Shown: positions 38,362 to 48,704, counted from the stretch's first letter. The stretch: 64,000 bases of DNA from Elusimicrobia bacterium GWB2_63_16 (GCA_001799715.1 MGTZ01000020.1:11115-75114); one strand, 5' to 3'. The notes: generated by a model not told the origin, from the letters alone. Made by a program: numbers and translations.

Positions 38362-40851
38362 ATGAAATATCTGAAGATTCTGCTGACGGGGGCCCTGCTT
38401 ATGCCGCAACAATTAAACGCCGCAGACAAACTGATAATACATTACAACCGCCTGGACCGCGCCTACGCCGGCTGGAACCTGTGGGTCTGGAACGACGGGG
38501 AGAAGCGGCCCGGCTTCGAGCTGGCGCCGGCCGGGGACGGCCCGTTCGGGATCTTTTTCGAGCTGGACCTGGACGCCTCGGGCCTCTCCGGCAAGCGGGC
38601 CGGCTTCCTGCCCCGCAAGGGCGACTGGGCCGACAAGGACGCCCCCGACCGCATAATGGAGCGTGCCCGCCAGGGGGAAGTGTACCTGATGGAGGGCGAC
38701 GGCAAGGTGTACGACGCCCCGCCCGCGGTCTCTACCGCCGTGACCGGGGCCTGGTACGACGGCGGCAGCGCCGTGCGCGCCGCGTTCACGCGCCCTCTGG
38801 ACGCGGCCTACCTGGCCGCGCAGGAGCTCTCGGTGGTCGGCGGGGGGGAGACCTATGAACCTGTTTCCGTGGAGCCCATAGGCGGCAAGTACTCGCGCGC
38901 CGCGCTGCTAAAGTTCGCGGAGTTCAAGCCGGACGCCGCGGCGCTCAACGCCGGCGGCTACGCGCTGCGCTCGAAGAGCTTCGAGCCCCGCCCGCTGCGC
39001 CTGGGCGACGCCGTCTACGGCCCGGAGTACGCCGGCGCCCTGCCGATGGGTTTGAGCGGGGACCCCGCCAAACCGGTGCTGCGCCTGTTCGCCCCGTACG
39101 CGGTAGAGGCCTCGGCGCTGATATACGAGTCCCCGAACGGCGAGCCCGCCGTGCACCCGCTGGAGCGCGGGCCCGGCGGCGTCTGGGAGAAGCGTTTCGA
39201 CGCGCCGCTGACCGGCAAGTACTACCGCATCCGCGCCAGGCAGAACGGCAAAGTCTCGGAGGGCCTGGACCCTTACGCCGCGTGCGTCAACGGCGACGGC
39301 GGCAAGGCGCTGGTCCTGAGGGACGAGACCGCGGTGGCCCCCGGCCCGGCCTTTCCGCCCGAAGAGGCCGTGGTCTACGAGGTGCACCTGCGCGACCTGA
39401 CCTCGGACGAATTCTCGGGCGTCAATAAGAAGGGCAAGTACCTCGGCGCGGCCGAGGCCGGCACCCGGCATCCCAAGTTCCCGGAACTCACCACCGCGCT
39501 TGACCACATCGCCGAGCTCGGCGTGAACGCCGTTCACATCCTGCCTTTCCAGGACTTCGAGAACAACGACGATCCGGCCTCATACAACTGGGGCTACATG
39601 CCCGTCAACTTCAACTCGCCGGAGGGCTCCTACGCCAGCAACCCGGCGGACGGCAGCCGCGTGCGCGAGGCCAAGCTGATGATAGACGCCTTCCACCGTA
39701 AGGGCCTGAAGGTGATCCTGGACGTGGTCTACAACCACACGGCCGAGACCCGCGCCAGCGTGTACAACTTCAACGCGGCCGCGCCGGACTATTATTACCG
39801 CCTGAACCCCGACGGGACCTACTCCAACGGCTCGGGCTGCGGCAACGAGTTCAGGACCGAGGCCCCGATGGCCAGGAAATTCCTGATCGACAGCCTGCTG
39901 CACTGGGTGCGCGAGTACAAGGTGGACGGCTTCCGCTTCGACCTGATGGGCCTGATAGACAGGCAGGCCGCCGCCGAGGTCATGAAGGCGCTGCGGGCCG
40001 AGAAGCCCGACATCTTCGTCTACGGCGAGCCGTGGAAGGCCGGGGCGAGCCCGGTGGACGGCGTGCAGAAAGGCAGCCAGCGCGGGCTGGGCTTCGCCGT
40101 TTTTAACGACGGCTTCCGCGACGCTATCAAGGGCAGCGTGTTCTCGATCGACGACCTGGGCTACGTGCAGGCCGCGCGGCAGCGCGACGGCGTCATGCGC
40201 GGGATGCGGGGCGCGGTGGACGACTTCACCGACGGGCCGCTGGAGACCATGAACTACGTCTCCTGTCACGACAACCACACGCTGTGGGACCGCATAGACC
40301 TTTCGGTGCCGCACGAGCCGGTGCTCAACAAGATCGCGATGGACAAGCTGGCCAACGCCATCGTGCTGACGTCTCAGGGCGTCCCGTTCCTGCACGCCGG
40401 GGAGGAATTCCTGCGCACCAAGGGCGGCGAGCACAACTCCTACAACCTGCCGGACGCCGTGAACCGGCTGGACTGGACGCGCAAGAAGGAGCATTACGGC
40501 GTCTACTCCTACTACCGGGACCTCATAGCGCTGCGCAAGGCGCACCCCGCCTTCCGGATGAAGACGCGCGGGGCCGTGCGCGAGAACCTGCAGTTCTACG
40601 AGGAGCTCGGCCTCAAGGTGCAGGCGCCGGGCATAGCCTACGTGCTCTATGGCGACAAGGCGGGCGACTCCTGGCGGCGCATCGCGGTGCTGGTGAACCC
40701 CGAGAAGACAGAGCGCCGGTTCGCGCTGCCCGAAGGGCGCTGGCTGGAGGCTTTCGACGAGGGGGGGCTGGTGAAGACCCCCGGCAAACCGCACTCCGGG
40801 CATGTCACCGTGGAGCCGCTGTCGCTGGCCGTGCTGCGCCTCGCCGATTAA
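38362..40851 (+). CDS. pulA: Type I pullulanase (GH13) with N-terminal CBM41-like domain
   Basis: YEVHLRD, YNWGY, DVVYNH, DGFRFDLMG, YGEPW, YVSCHDN; signal peptide. Confidence 0.9.
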   Translation: MKYLKILLTGALLMPQQLNAADKLIIHYNRLDRAYAGWNLWVWNDGEKRPGFELAPAGDGPFGIFFELDLDASGLSGKRAGFLPRKGDWADKDAPDRIMERARQGEVYLMEGDGKVYDAPPAVSTAVTGAWYDGGSAVRAAFTRPLDAAYLAAQELSVVGGGETYEPVSVEPIGGKYSRAALLKFAEFKPDAAALNAGGYALRSKSFEPRPLRLGDAVYGPEYAGALPMGLSGDPAKPVLRLFAPYAVEASALIYESPNGEPAVHPLERGPGGVWEKRFDAPLTGKYYRIRARQNGKVSEGLDPYAACVNGDGGKALVLRDETAVAPGPAFPPEEAVVYEVHLRDLTSDEFSGVNKKGKYLGAAEAGTRHPKFPELTTALDHIAELGVNAVHILPFQDFENNDDPASYNWGYMPVNFNSPEGSYASNPADGSRVREAKLMIDAFHRKGLKVILDVVYNHTAETRASVYNFNAAAPDYYYRLNPDGTYSNGSGCGNEFRTEAPMARKFLIDSLLHWVREYKVDGFRFDLMGLIDRQAAAEVMKALRAEKPDIFVYGEPWKAGASPVDGVQKGSQRGLGFAVFNDGFRDAIKGSVFSIDDLGYVQAARQRDGVMRGMRGAVDDFTDGPLETMNYVSCHDNHTLWDRIDLSVPHEPVLNKIAMDKLANAIVLTSQGVPFLHAGEEFLRTKGGEHNSYNLPDAVNRLDWTRKKEHYGVYSYYRDLIALRKAHPAFRMKTRGAVRENLQFYEELGLKVQAPGIAYVLYGDKAGDSWRRIAVLVNPEKTERRFALPEGRWLEAFDEGGLVKTPGKPHSGHVTVEPLSLAVLRLAD

Positions 40852-40947
40852 AGTAGGCCTTTGGACCCCGCCGGAGCTGGGCCTTTAGACGCTTCTCTCC
40901 GGCGGGTCCCGTTTGTAGAATATAAGCGACGGTATTAGGAGGGTATA

Positions 40948-41601
40948 ATGATAAAAGTTCTCGCTCTGCTGCTCGCGGTTGCCGCTGTTTCCCCGGCTTA
41001 CTCCCTGGATTTCTCCCTGGACAAGATCAAAGCCGCCGACCTCGGCGTAAAGGCCGAAGGCGTGCCCGCTCCGGGCGCGCCCGCTAAAGAAGAGGCCCAG
41101 GTGCCGCAGGACCTGGTCTATAAGTTCAGCCAGGTCCGCAACGAAGTCCGCCGCCTGGAGACCGACACCACCTGGCTGCGCAGCGATATCAACAGGCTGG
41201 AGTCCGACGCCCGCCGCATCGAGCAGGGCGTGTCCAATCCCTTCTTCTCCAGCGACCTGCGCCGCATGTCCATGGATATGTCCCGCCGTCTCACCGACCT
41301 GCAGCGCCTGGCCGCCGACGTGAAAAATCTGCTCGGCCTCGCCGTGAAGGACGCCGCGCTCAATCAGACGGCACGCGATATAGAATGGGACGCGCGCGAC
41401 CTGGAGAACCGCTTCCAGTTCGACGTCGTCAACGCCGCGCAGAGCCTGGAGTGGACCGTGCGCCGCCTGGACCCCAAACTGGTAGGCTACGACGCGCAGT
41501 GGACCGCCTCAGACCTCTCCCGCGTCTGCCGCGACCTGCAGTGGAAGACCCGCGACCTCAGCTGGGACGCCAGGGACCTGGTCTCCAAAACGCAGCCTTA
41601 A
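40948..41601 (+). CDS. Secreted helical hypothetical protein with heptad repeats
   Basis: AGGAGG RBS, signal peptide, repeated xRDLxWx heptads. Confidence 0.75.
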   Translation: MIKVLALLLAVAAVSPAYSLDFSLDKIKAADLGVKAEGVPAPGAPAKEEAQVPQDLVYKFSQVRNEVRRLETDTTWLRSDINRLESDARRIEQGVSNPFFSSDLRRMSMDMSRRLTDLQRLAADVKNLLGLAVKDAALNQTARDIEWDARDLENRFQFDVVNAAQSLEWTVRRLDPKLVGYDAQWTASDLSRVCRDLQWKTRDLSWDARDLVSKTQP

Positions 41602-41617
41602 GTCTCAGGGCACGGGG

Positions 41618-41645
41618 AAAGCGGGGCCGAGCGGCCCCGCTTTTT
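41618..41645 (+). terminator. Intrinsic terminator
   Basis: AAAGCGGGGCC-gagc-GGCCCCGCTTTTT. Confidence 0.8.
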
Positions 41646-41664
41646 CCTTTGCTGGAATCCATCT

Positions 41665-42303
41665 ATGGAACAACATCTCCGTACCGCGAATCTGATCAGG
41701 CTGCGGACCGCCGCGGCTGCGCTGCGGGCCAACCGCTTCGCCGCCGAGGTCTGCGAGGACGGTCCCGCCGCGTCGGCCGCCCTGCTGGCCCTGGCCGGCA
41801 AGGGCCGGAAGATAGGTCTTGGCGGTTCCATGACGGTGGCGTCGCTCGGCCTGCCTGAAGCGCTGGCCGCGGCCGGCAACACCATAGTCACGCATAAGTC
41901 CGGCATGACACCCGAGGAGAAACGCCTCGTCTGGCTGGAGGCGCAGGGTTCCGACCTCTACCTGGCCTCGCCGCAGGCGGTGACCATGGACGGGAAACTG
42001 GTTTTCCTCGACGCCAACGGCAACAGGGGCGCCGCCGTGATCTACGGCCCGCGCCGCATAGTGCTGATAGCGGGGGTAAACAAGCTGGCCCGGGACCAGG
42101 AGGAGGGGCTCTGGCGCGCCCGCAACGTGGCCGCCATCGCCAATAATATACGCCTGTCCAAGGATAATCCCTGCGTGAAGGCGGGCCGCTGCGTGGACTG
42201 CGCCGGCGCCGGCCGCATCTGCAACCAGGTCACCCTGCTCTGGAAAAAGCCCTCCGCCAGCGATATCCTTGTCCTGCTTGTTAACGAAACCTTGGGATAT
42301 TGA
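41665..42303 (+). CDS. LUD-domain (lactate utilisation/YkgG-like) protein
   Basis: GLGGSMT, AVTMDG.LV..D.NGNR, GP, G.NKL, PC...G.C.DC....RIC, NETLGY. Confidence 0.85.
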   Translation: MEQHLRTANLIRLRTAAAALRANRFAAEVCEDGPAASAALLALAGKGRKIGLGGSMTVASLGLPEALAAAGNTIVTHKSGMTPEEKRLVWLEAQGSDLYLASPQAVTMDGKLVFLDANGNRGAAVIYGPRRIVLIAGVNKLARDQEEGLWRARNVAAIANNIRLSKDNPCVKAGRCVDCAGAGRICNQVTLLWKKPSASDILVLLVNETLGY

Positions 42304-42409
42304 CGCGCGGATATTCGCGGGCTGTCTTTGCATTTATCTGTGACTACGAGTACAAGTATCCGGAATCACCTTACCCCTCACGCCTTTATTATTTATAATA
42401 TAGGTTGGG

Positions 42410-45400
42410 ATGAAGAAACTCGCGGTATTCCTGGCTTTTTTTGCTTTTTTCAAGGGGGGGGCGCTGGCCTTGGTCCCCTCGAATGTCCATTTTGATTACA
42501 ATACCTCCGATTCGGTCAGCGTTTCCTGGGATCCTTACGCCGGCCCCGGGTATTGGGCCGTCCTAAGCGACTACGAAGACTTCTCTACGTGGATCTCGAG
42601 CGCCCCGCTAGTTACCTCGGACGTAACGCGCCTCTACACGGGCCTGAAGGCCAACACCACCTACCATTTCAAGATAAAATTCTCCGACCAGGACGACAGC
42701 CAGTATTCCGCGCCCATTTCCACGGCGATACCCGCCGTACCGCCCTCCCAGGTCTCTTTCCCGGAAGTCTACTATTCCAGCGTCAGCGCCCAGTGGAGCA
42801 CCCTCGAGAATTCGCCGTCCTCAGAGTACCAGGCCGAAGCCGCCATGGACCCGGCTTTCACGCTGAACGTCTCCTTCTCCAGCGGCGCCGTCTCCGGCGC
42901 GGTGTTAGGCGGATTTACCCCTGATACGACGGTATACCTGCACGTACGGACTTTCGGCCTGACGGGAGCGGACAGTCCGTTCTCGGCGGCGCCGTCCACC
43001 GTGACGCTGGCCTATCCGCCGGGCAGCGAGGCTTATGCCCTGGTCTCCTCCACCGGCCTGTCCGTCTTCTGGGACGGCAACGGCAACCCCGGCTGGACCA
43101 AATATGAACTGACGGTTTCCACCGAGGAAGGCTTCGCCACGGTCAACTATTCCACCGCCCTGCCCGTCAATTATTACGAGGCGGCCGGCCTGCTGCCCAA
43201 CACCACCTACTATTTCAAGGCCCTGGCCGTGAACGGTTCCGGCATACGCACCGGGTATACCGTCTTCGGGGCCACGATGACCTATGCCGCCGCCCCCGGC
43301 GCTACCGCGCCCGCTCTGGACGCCGTCACCGCCACCTCGGCGGACGCGCACTGGCTGGGCGGCGACAACCCCGGCTTCACGGAATATTACGTGCAGGCCA
43401 GCACGGCCGCCGATTTCACCGGCCTGGATTACGGCCCCGGCACCTGGCTGGCGGGGGCCTACCGCAGCGTTACCGGGCTGGAGTCCGGCCTGACCTACCA
43501 TTTCCGCGTGCGGGCCCGCGACGCCCTGGGGCGCCCCAGCCCCTGGCTGGAGCTGGGCAGCGCGGTCACGCCGGCCGGGGCCGACACTACCCCGCCCTCG
43601 GTGACCGACCTGCAGGGCGGCGACGACGTGTGGCGCGGCGCCGCGGGCGGTTACTACATGGTGCATTTCTCCGACCTGGGCGCCGGACTGGACCGTTTCC
43701 AGGTGAGGGTCGCCACCGGCCCGGCCGGCAGCGGCACCGTGGTCTACGACTGGACCGACGCGGTCACCGGGATAAACGCCGCCGTTTACGACCAGGACTG
43801 GCCGCTGCCGGCGGCCGTCTTCGGGGCTATAGCCGAGAACGTGACTTCTTACGTTTCCGTCAGGGTCTACGACCTGGCCTCTCCGGCCAACTTTACCGTC
43901 AAGGAGGACGCCTTCTACGTTCTGCGCGACACCACCCCGCCGACCATAACCAATGCCGCGGTTTCACCCGCGGGCTGGCTGGCGGCCGATCCGGGGGCGG
44001 TCTTCGACGTGGATTTCGCCGACTCGCTGGCCGGCCTGGCCGCGGCCAGCTACAGCGCCGGTTCCGTCCCGGGCCTCGCCGGGGGGGACATACTGGGCTG
44101 GACCGCCGTGCCCGGCTTCGCTGCGGGCCCCGCCCATACCGCGCTCTGGGGCGTGGACTTCGGCGCGCTGCGCGACGGCGGCACAAACTATATCAGCGTG
44201 CGGGCAGTGGACGCGGCCGGCAACGCCAGCGTTCTGGCCGACGTGTTCAGGATACTCAAGAATACCGTGGGCCCGGCCGTCAGCATCGCGGCCCCTGCCT
44301 CCGCCTACGTGTCTACGGTGACGCTGGTAACCGGAGTAGCGGCCCCCATGACCGAGACAGATCCAGTGGCCGGCGTGCAGGTGTCGCTGCAGGAACTCTC
44401 CAGCCCCAACTCCTACTATTTCGACGGGGCGGCCTTCTCCTCCGCCTCGCCGGTCTGGCTGGCCGCCGCCGGCACGCTCTCCTGGTCCTACGACGCCTCC
44501 ACCGCGCCCTTCGCCGCCGGCGTGCAGTACCGGGCCGCGGCCCGCGCCAGCGATACCGACGGCCTGCTGACCGCGCCGCCCTACCCCAATGTCTCTTTCC
44601 GCCTGGACCAGGTGAACCCGACGGTCTACGTCTCCACCCCGCTCGCCGATTCCTCCGTCTACTCTCTGGATGCCGTAGAAGGCACCGCGGCCGACGCCGG
44701 CGGAGCCGGCCTGGGGGCGGTGGAGATCTACGTCAGCCGGGCTCTGGACGGGAAGTGGTGGAACTTCGTCGCCGGCTCCTGGGGCGACGTGGCCGTGGCC
44801 AGCGCCACGCCCGCCGCCGCCTCCTGGTCCTATACCCCGGCGGCCGGCCTGCGCGGCGCGCTGGCCCACGACCAGCAGTATTTCATAGCGGCCGTGGCCA
44901 GGGACGCCGCCGCGCCCGCCAACACTTCGGGTCTCGGCCTGGCCGGTTCCACCATAACCTGGAAGGACACGCTGGCCCCGGAGACCGTGACGGCCTTCGC
45001 GCCGTCCACGGGTTCCGCGCCGGGCCGGGTGGACCTGCGCTGGACCTTCGCCGGCGACGACGGCGGCGCGTTGGCGCTGACCTACGGGCGTTTCGCCGTG
45101 CAGTACTCCACCTACGCCGGGGCCGTGTTCAGCACCCAGACGGCCCAGGTGATGATCTCCACCGCCATGGTCCCGGCCGGGGCCCAGCTCTCCTACACGG
45201 TGGCCGGCCTGGCACCCGAGACCACCTACTATCTGCGCCTGTGGGTGCAGGACGACGCCGAGTTCTGGTCGGCCCCGTCGCCGCTGGCCTCTACCCTCTC
45301 CGGCGACCGCCTCAATGACACCATCTCCGGCTCCGTGCGCACCCCAGCGGGCGCCGGCGTCACCGGCGTTATGGTGGACGCCATCACCAACCTGGGCGCC

Positions 45401-46156
45401 GTGGCGGCCTCCGCCTACACGCTCGACGACGGGCTGGGCTCCTTCTCGCTGACGCCGCTGCCCGACGGCATCTACCGCGTTCGCGCCACCTGGCTGCAGG
45501 ACGGCTTCTCCAACTCCATCGCCAAGGACCAGATCCCGATGGGCTACGCGGACACCAATTTCCTGCTCTCGCTGGACTACGAGCTGGCCAGCGTCTCCGG
45601 CTCGCTGCCGGCCGCCGCGCCTTCCGGCCTGCGGCCGTCCGCGGCGGGGGGACAGGCGCAGTTGTGGCGCGGGGCCAGCCTGCTGGCCACCGCGGCCGCC
45701 GACGCTTCCGGGCGGTTTTTTATAGGCAATCTCATCCCCGGGCCGTACACCCTGCGCGTCAGCGCCGACGGCGCGGCCTGGAAAACTCTGGAGATCTCCC
45801 TGGCGCCCGGCCAGGAACTGCGCCTGCAGCCGCTGGGCGCCCTGGCGGACAAGGCCGGCACCTATGTCTATCCGAACCCGTCCTCGTCGCACGTCGTCTT
45901 CCGCGTGGCCACGGCCATCTCTCCGGTCAGGTTGAAGCTCTCCATCTTCGCGCTCGACGGTACGCTGGTGAAGGCCACGGAGTACGGCGAAGCCGGCTGG
46001 ACCTACACGGACGCCGCCACCGACGTCTACGAGTACCGCTGGGATTTCTCCGGCAGCCGGCCGGCCAGCGGCGTCTATTTCTGCACGGTGAAGCTGAAGG
46101 ACGAGCTCGGCGGCGGCGCCGAGACCCTGACCAGGAAATTCGCGGTCATAAGGTGA
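42410..46156 (+). CDS. Large secreted FN3/Ig-repeat protein with T9SS-type-A-like C-terminal domain
   Basis: Signal peptide; four GL.(P/A)NTTY.F-type FN3 units; DTTPP Ig-like units; carboxypeptidase-regulatory-like domains; TYVYPNP..IFALDGTLVK..W..PASGVYF..TRKFAVIR. Confidence 0.8.
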   Translation: MKKLAVFLAFFAFFKGGALALVPSNVHFDYNTSDSVSVSWDPYAGPGYWAVLSDYEDFSTWISSAPLVTSDVTRLYTGLKANTTYHFKIKFSDQDDSQYSAPISTAIPAVPPSQVSFPEVYYSSVSAQWSTLENSPSSEYQAEAAMDPAFTLNVSFSSGAVSGAVLGGFTPDTTVYLHVRTFGLTGADSPFSAAPSTVTLAYPPGSEAYALVSSTGLSVFWDGNGNPGWTKYELTVSTEEGFATVNYSTALPVNYYEAAGLLPNTTYYFKALAVNGSGIRTGYTVFGATMTYAAAPGATAPALDAVTATSADAHWLGGDNPGFTEYYVQASTAADFTGLDYGPGTWLAGAYRSVTGLESGLTYHFRVRARDALGRPSPWLELGSAVTPAGADTTPPSVTDLQGGDDVWRGAAGGYYMVHFSDLGAGLDRFQVRVATGPAGSGTVVYDWTDAVTGINAAVYDQDWPLPAAVFGAIAENVTSYVSVRVYDLASPANFTVKEDAFYVLRDTTPPTITNAAVSPAGWLAADPGAVFDVDFADSLAGLAAASYSAGSVPGLAGGDILGWTAVPGFAAGPAHTALWGVDFGALRDGGTNYISVRAVDAAGNASVLADVFRILKNTVGPAVSIAAPASAYVSTVTLVTGVAAPMTETDPVAGVQVSLQELSSPNSYYFDGAAFSSASPVWLAAAGTLSWSYDASTAPFAAGVQYRAAARASDTDGLLTAPPYPNVSFRLDQVNPTVYVSTPLADSSVYSLDAVEGTAADAGGAGLGAVEIYVSRALDGKWWNFVAGSWGDVAVASATPAAASWSYTPAAGLRGALAHDQQYFIAAVARDAAAPANTSGLGLAGSTITWKDTLAPETVTAFAPSTGSAPGRVDLRWTFAGDDGGALALTYGRFAVQYSTYAGAVFSTQTAQVMISTAMVPAGAQLSYTVAGLAPETTYYLRLWVQDDAEFWSAPSPLASTLSGDRLNDTISGSVRTPAGAGVTGVMVDAITNLGAVAASAYTLDDGLGSFSLTPLPDGIYRVRATWLQDGFSNSIAKDQIPMGYADTNFLLSLDYELASVSGSLPAAAPSGLRPSAAGGQAQLWRGASLLATAAADASGRFFIGNLIPGPYTLRVSADGAAWKTLEISLAPGQELRLQPLGALADKAGTYVYPNPSSSHVVFRVATAISPVRLKLSIFALDGTLVKATEYGEAGWTYTDAATDVYEYRWDFSGSRPASGVYFCTVKLKDELGGGAETLTRKFAVIR

Positions 46157-46163
46157 GAACGCT

Positions 46164-47903
46164 ATGAAGACAAGACTGGCCCTGATCTGCTGCCTGCTGC
46201 TGCCCGCGGCCTCCCGCGCGGCCAACATAACCGGCACCGGCGCCTCGGTGCACGACTCCGCCGGCGCGGCGCGCAGCACCTTCTCCAACTCCGAGACCAT
46301 CACGCTGCGCCAGAGCGTGAACATCGCCGAGAACAGCCCTACGAGCGACAGCGTGGATTTCACCTTCGAGATCCTAAACGCCGCCGGCGCCGCGGTATTT
46401 ACCCACGCCGGCAACTCCGCGCCCGGCACGCAGGGCGGGGCGCAGACTCAGCTGGCGGGTATCTCGATCAACTCCTTCTACTCTTCCCCGGGCAACTATA
46501 CCTTCCGGGCCAAGGCCACGCTGGACGCCGAGACCGTAACGCAGACGGCCGCTTTCCTGATCTCCAGCCCCAACATCACGCTGATCTACCCGCCCAACGG
46601 CGCGCGCGGCCTGTCCGACAACCCGCTCACCTTCCGCTGGACGGCCAGCGGGGCCAGCCGCTACCGCGTAACCGTGGCCGACAACGCCAGCCTCTACAAC
46701 GAGCTGCACTCGGCGGTGAACGCCGGCGAGAGCTATTATTCCTATCCCGCGGATCCCTCGGAGCCCAGGGAACGGCTCGTGCCCGAGCAGGTCTACTACT
46801 GGAAGGTGGAGGGCCTGGACGCCAGCAACAACAAGATCTCGGAGAGCAACGTCTATACTTTCTCGCTCAAGGGGCAGGCTTCCTCCACCACCCGCAACGT
46901 GGCCGTCACCCTGCTGGAGGTGACCACCCCGGCGCTGGATTTCGAGAAGCCGATCAATTTTAAGGCGGTACTCTACAACAGCGGCTCGGCTACCGAGTCC
47001 AATATCTCGGTGAAGATGTCCCTGGGCGGCCTGTCGGCCCAGGATTCGCCCAAACCGGTGATGACCATAGGCCCCGGCGAGCAGGTGGCGCTGACCTTCA
47101 CCGCCTTCATGCCGCCCGGCCAGGAGCAGGGTCTGGCCGCGGCCTGCGCGGACCTGTTCGACGACAACATGCCGGACAACTGCAAGACCAGATTGATCGG
47201 CAAGGACGCCGGCACCACTACTGCCGCGGGGGCCGGCCGCAAGCTGACCTACGACGAGATGTTCCAGGCCATCCTGCAGCGGCTCGGGCCCGAAGCGGCC
47301 AAGGCCCTGGAGGGGTACACTTTCGAGAGCCTCTCCTGCGCCAACTGCTCACAGGACGAGCTGGCGCTCATCATCGCCGCGCTGATAAGCGGCGAGGCGC
47401 AGCTCATAGGAGCCTCCGTCACCGAGACCGGCGGCGCCGAAACCACCCTGGGCGCCAACACCTCCGCCGCGGCGGACGCCGGTTCGGACTCCGCGGGCGA
47501 GGAGGCCGTGCCCGAGGAGACCTCGCTGGACCTGTCCCCGCTGAAGAACGACATCCCCGGAGAATGGAGCGGGTACACCGAGGCGCGGGGCAAGGAAGCC
47601 TCGACTATAGTGATACGGAGCAAGAAGGAATGGCGCAAGCTGTGGCAGACGCTGTCCAACGAGGAGGAGCCGGACGTGGACTTCGGCGATTCCATGGTGA
47701 TAGGAGTCATCTCCGGCGCGCTGGACCGGGCGGCCGCGGTACGCCTGCTGGGCAGCCGCAAAACGGACGACGGGATGGCCTTCGATTATTACCAGATAGA
47801 GACCCCGCGCGGAGCCGAGGCTTCCAAGGCGGCCTATATTTTCCGTCTCTACCCGCGCTCGGACGACAAGGTTTCCTTCTCGCGGGTGGACGTCCGCAAG
47901 TGA
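46164..47903 (+). CDS. Secreted Ig/FN3 + CARDB-like + PrcB-C-like protein
   Basis: LIYPPNG..TFRW..YYWKV; LYNSGSA..IGPGE..DNC (CARDB-like); VIRSKKEWRKLW..PDVDF..MVIGV (PrcB C-terminal-like). Confidence 0.6.
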   Translation: MKTRLALICCLLLPAASRAANITGTGASVHDSAGAARSTFSNSETITLRQSVNIAENSPTSDSVDFTFEILNAAGAAVFTHAGNSAPGTQGGAQTQLAGISINSFYSSPGNYTFRAKATLDAETVTQTAAFLISSPNITLIYPPNGARGLSDNPLTFRWTASGASRYRVTVADNASLYNELHSAVNAGESYYSYPADPSEPRERLVPEQVYYWKVEGLDASNNKISESNVYTFSLKGQASSTTRNVAVTLLEVTTPALDFEKPINFKAVLYNSGSATESNISVKMSLGGLSAQDSPKPVMTIGPGEQVALTFTAFMPPGQEQGLAAACADLFDDNMPDNCKTRLIGKDAGTTTAAGAGRKLTYDEMFQAILQRLGPEAAKALEGYTFESLSCANCSQDELALIIAALISGEAQLIGASVTETGGAETTLGANTSAAADAGSDSAGEEAVPEETSLDLSPLKNDIPGEWSGYTEARGKEASTIVIRSKKEWRKLWQTLSNEEEPDVDFGDSMVIGVISGALDRAAAVRLLGSRKTDDGMAFDYYQIETPRGAEASKAAYIFRLYPRSDDKVSFSRVDVRK

Positions 47904-47946
47904 CCGGAGTTCAGGATAGATCTTAAGCTAACTTAACGGAGGAGTC

Positions 47947-48675
47947 ATGACGAAAACAATGAAGATGGTAGCGGCCTTCGCCGCGGCGGGGGCGCTGGCG
48001 GCCTTCGCGCAGCCCGCCCTTTGCGCGCCCCGCGTGGCCGCGGTGGCGGTATTCATAACGGGCGACGTGCAGGTTAAGCGCACCGGTGAGTCGGCCTTCT
48101 CTGAACTGAAGGTCAACGACATGCTGTACGCCGGCGACAACATCAAGACCGCGGCCGCCAGCCGCGCCGGACTGGTCACCAAGGCCGGCGCCGAGGTGCG
48201 CCTCAACGAGAACTCCAGCTTCGAGATCTCGTCCCAGGGAAAGCTGCGCGACATGCTGAACCTGTCCGTGGGCCAGCTCTGGACCCGGATGCTGCACAAG
48301 ATGGCCAAGATCAACGTGCGCACCCCGTCGGCCGTCTGCGCCGTGCGCGGCACCGAGGCCGACATCGAGCAGCGCAGCCTGCTGACGGTGAAAGTCTACG
48401 AGGGTCATGTGGACGTGCAGAACTCGCTGGGCAAGCAGTCCCTGCGGGCCGGCCAGATGACCACGGTGTCCGGCGCAAACGCCGCGCCCGAGGCCGCCAA
48501 GAAGATGTCCGGCCAGGACGCCGGCAAGTGGCAGGAAGAGATCAAGGTGAGCGACTACAAAAAATTCATCAGCCTGCTCGAGGAGAGCGCCGCCGGCGGC
48601 AAAGACCTCAAGACGTCCGTCAAGATGCCGGACGGCTCGGTGAAGCAGATAGAAGGTTCGCTGAAGAAGAAGTAA
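47947..48675 (+). CDS. Secreted FecR-domain protein
   Basis: GDVQVKR, GDNIKT, VRLNENS, VRTPSAVCAVRGT, VKVYEGHV, LRAGQ; cleavable signal peptide. Confidence 0.85.
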   Translation: MTKTMKMVAAFAAAGALAAFAQPALCAPRVAAVAVFITGDVQVKRTGESAFSELKVNDMLYAGDNIKTAAASRAGLVTKAGAEVRLNENSSFEISSQGKLRDMLNLSVGQLWTRMLHKMAKINVRTPSAVCAVRGTEADIEQRSLLTVKVYEGHVDVQNSLGKQSLRAGQMTTVSGANAAPEAAKKMSGQDAGKWQEEIKVSDYKKFISLLEESAAGGKDLKTSVKMPDGSVKQIEGSLKKK

Positions 48676-48704
48676 GCCGGCCACGCCCGGCGGAGGAACT
48701 GTTT

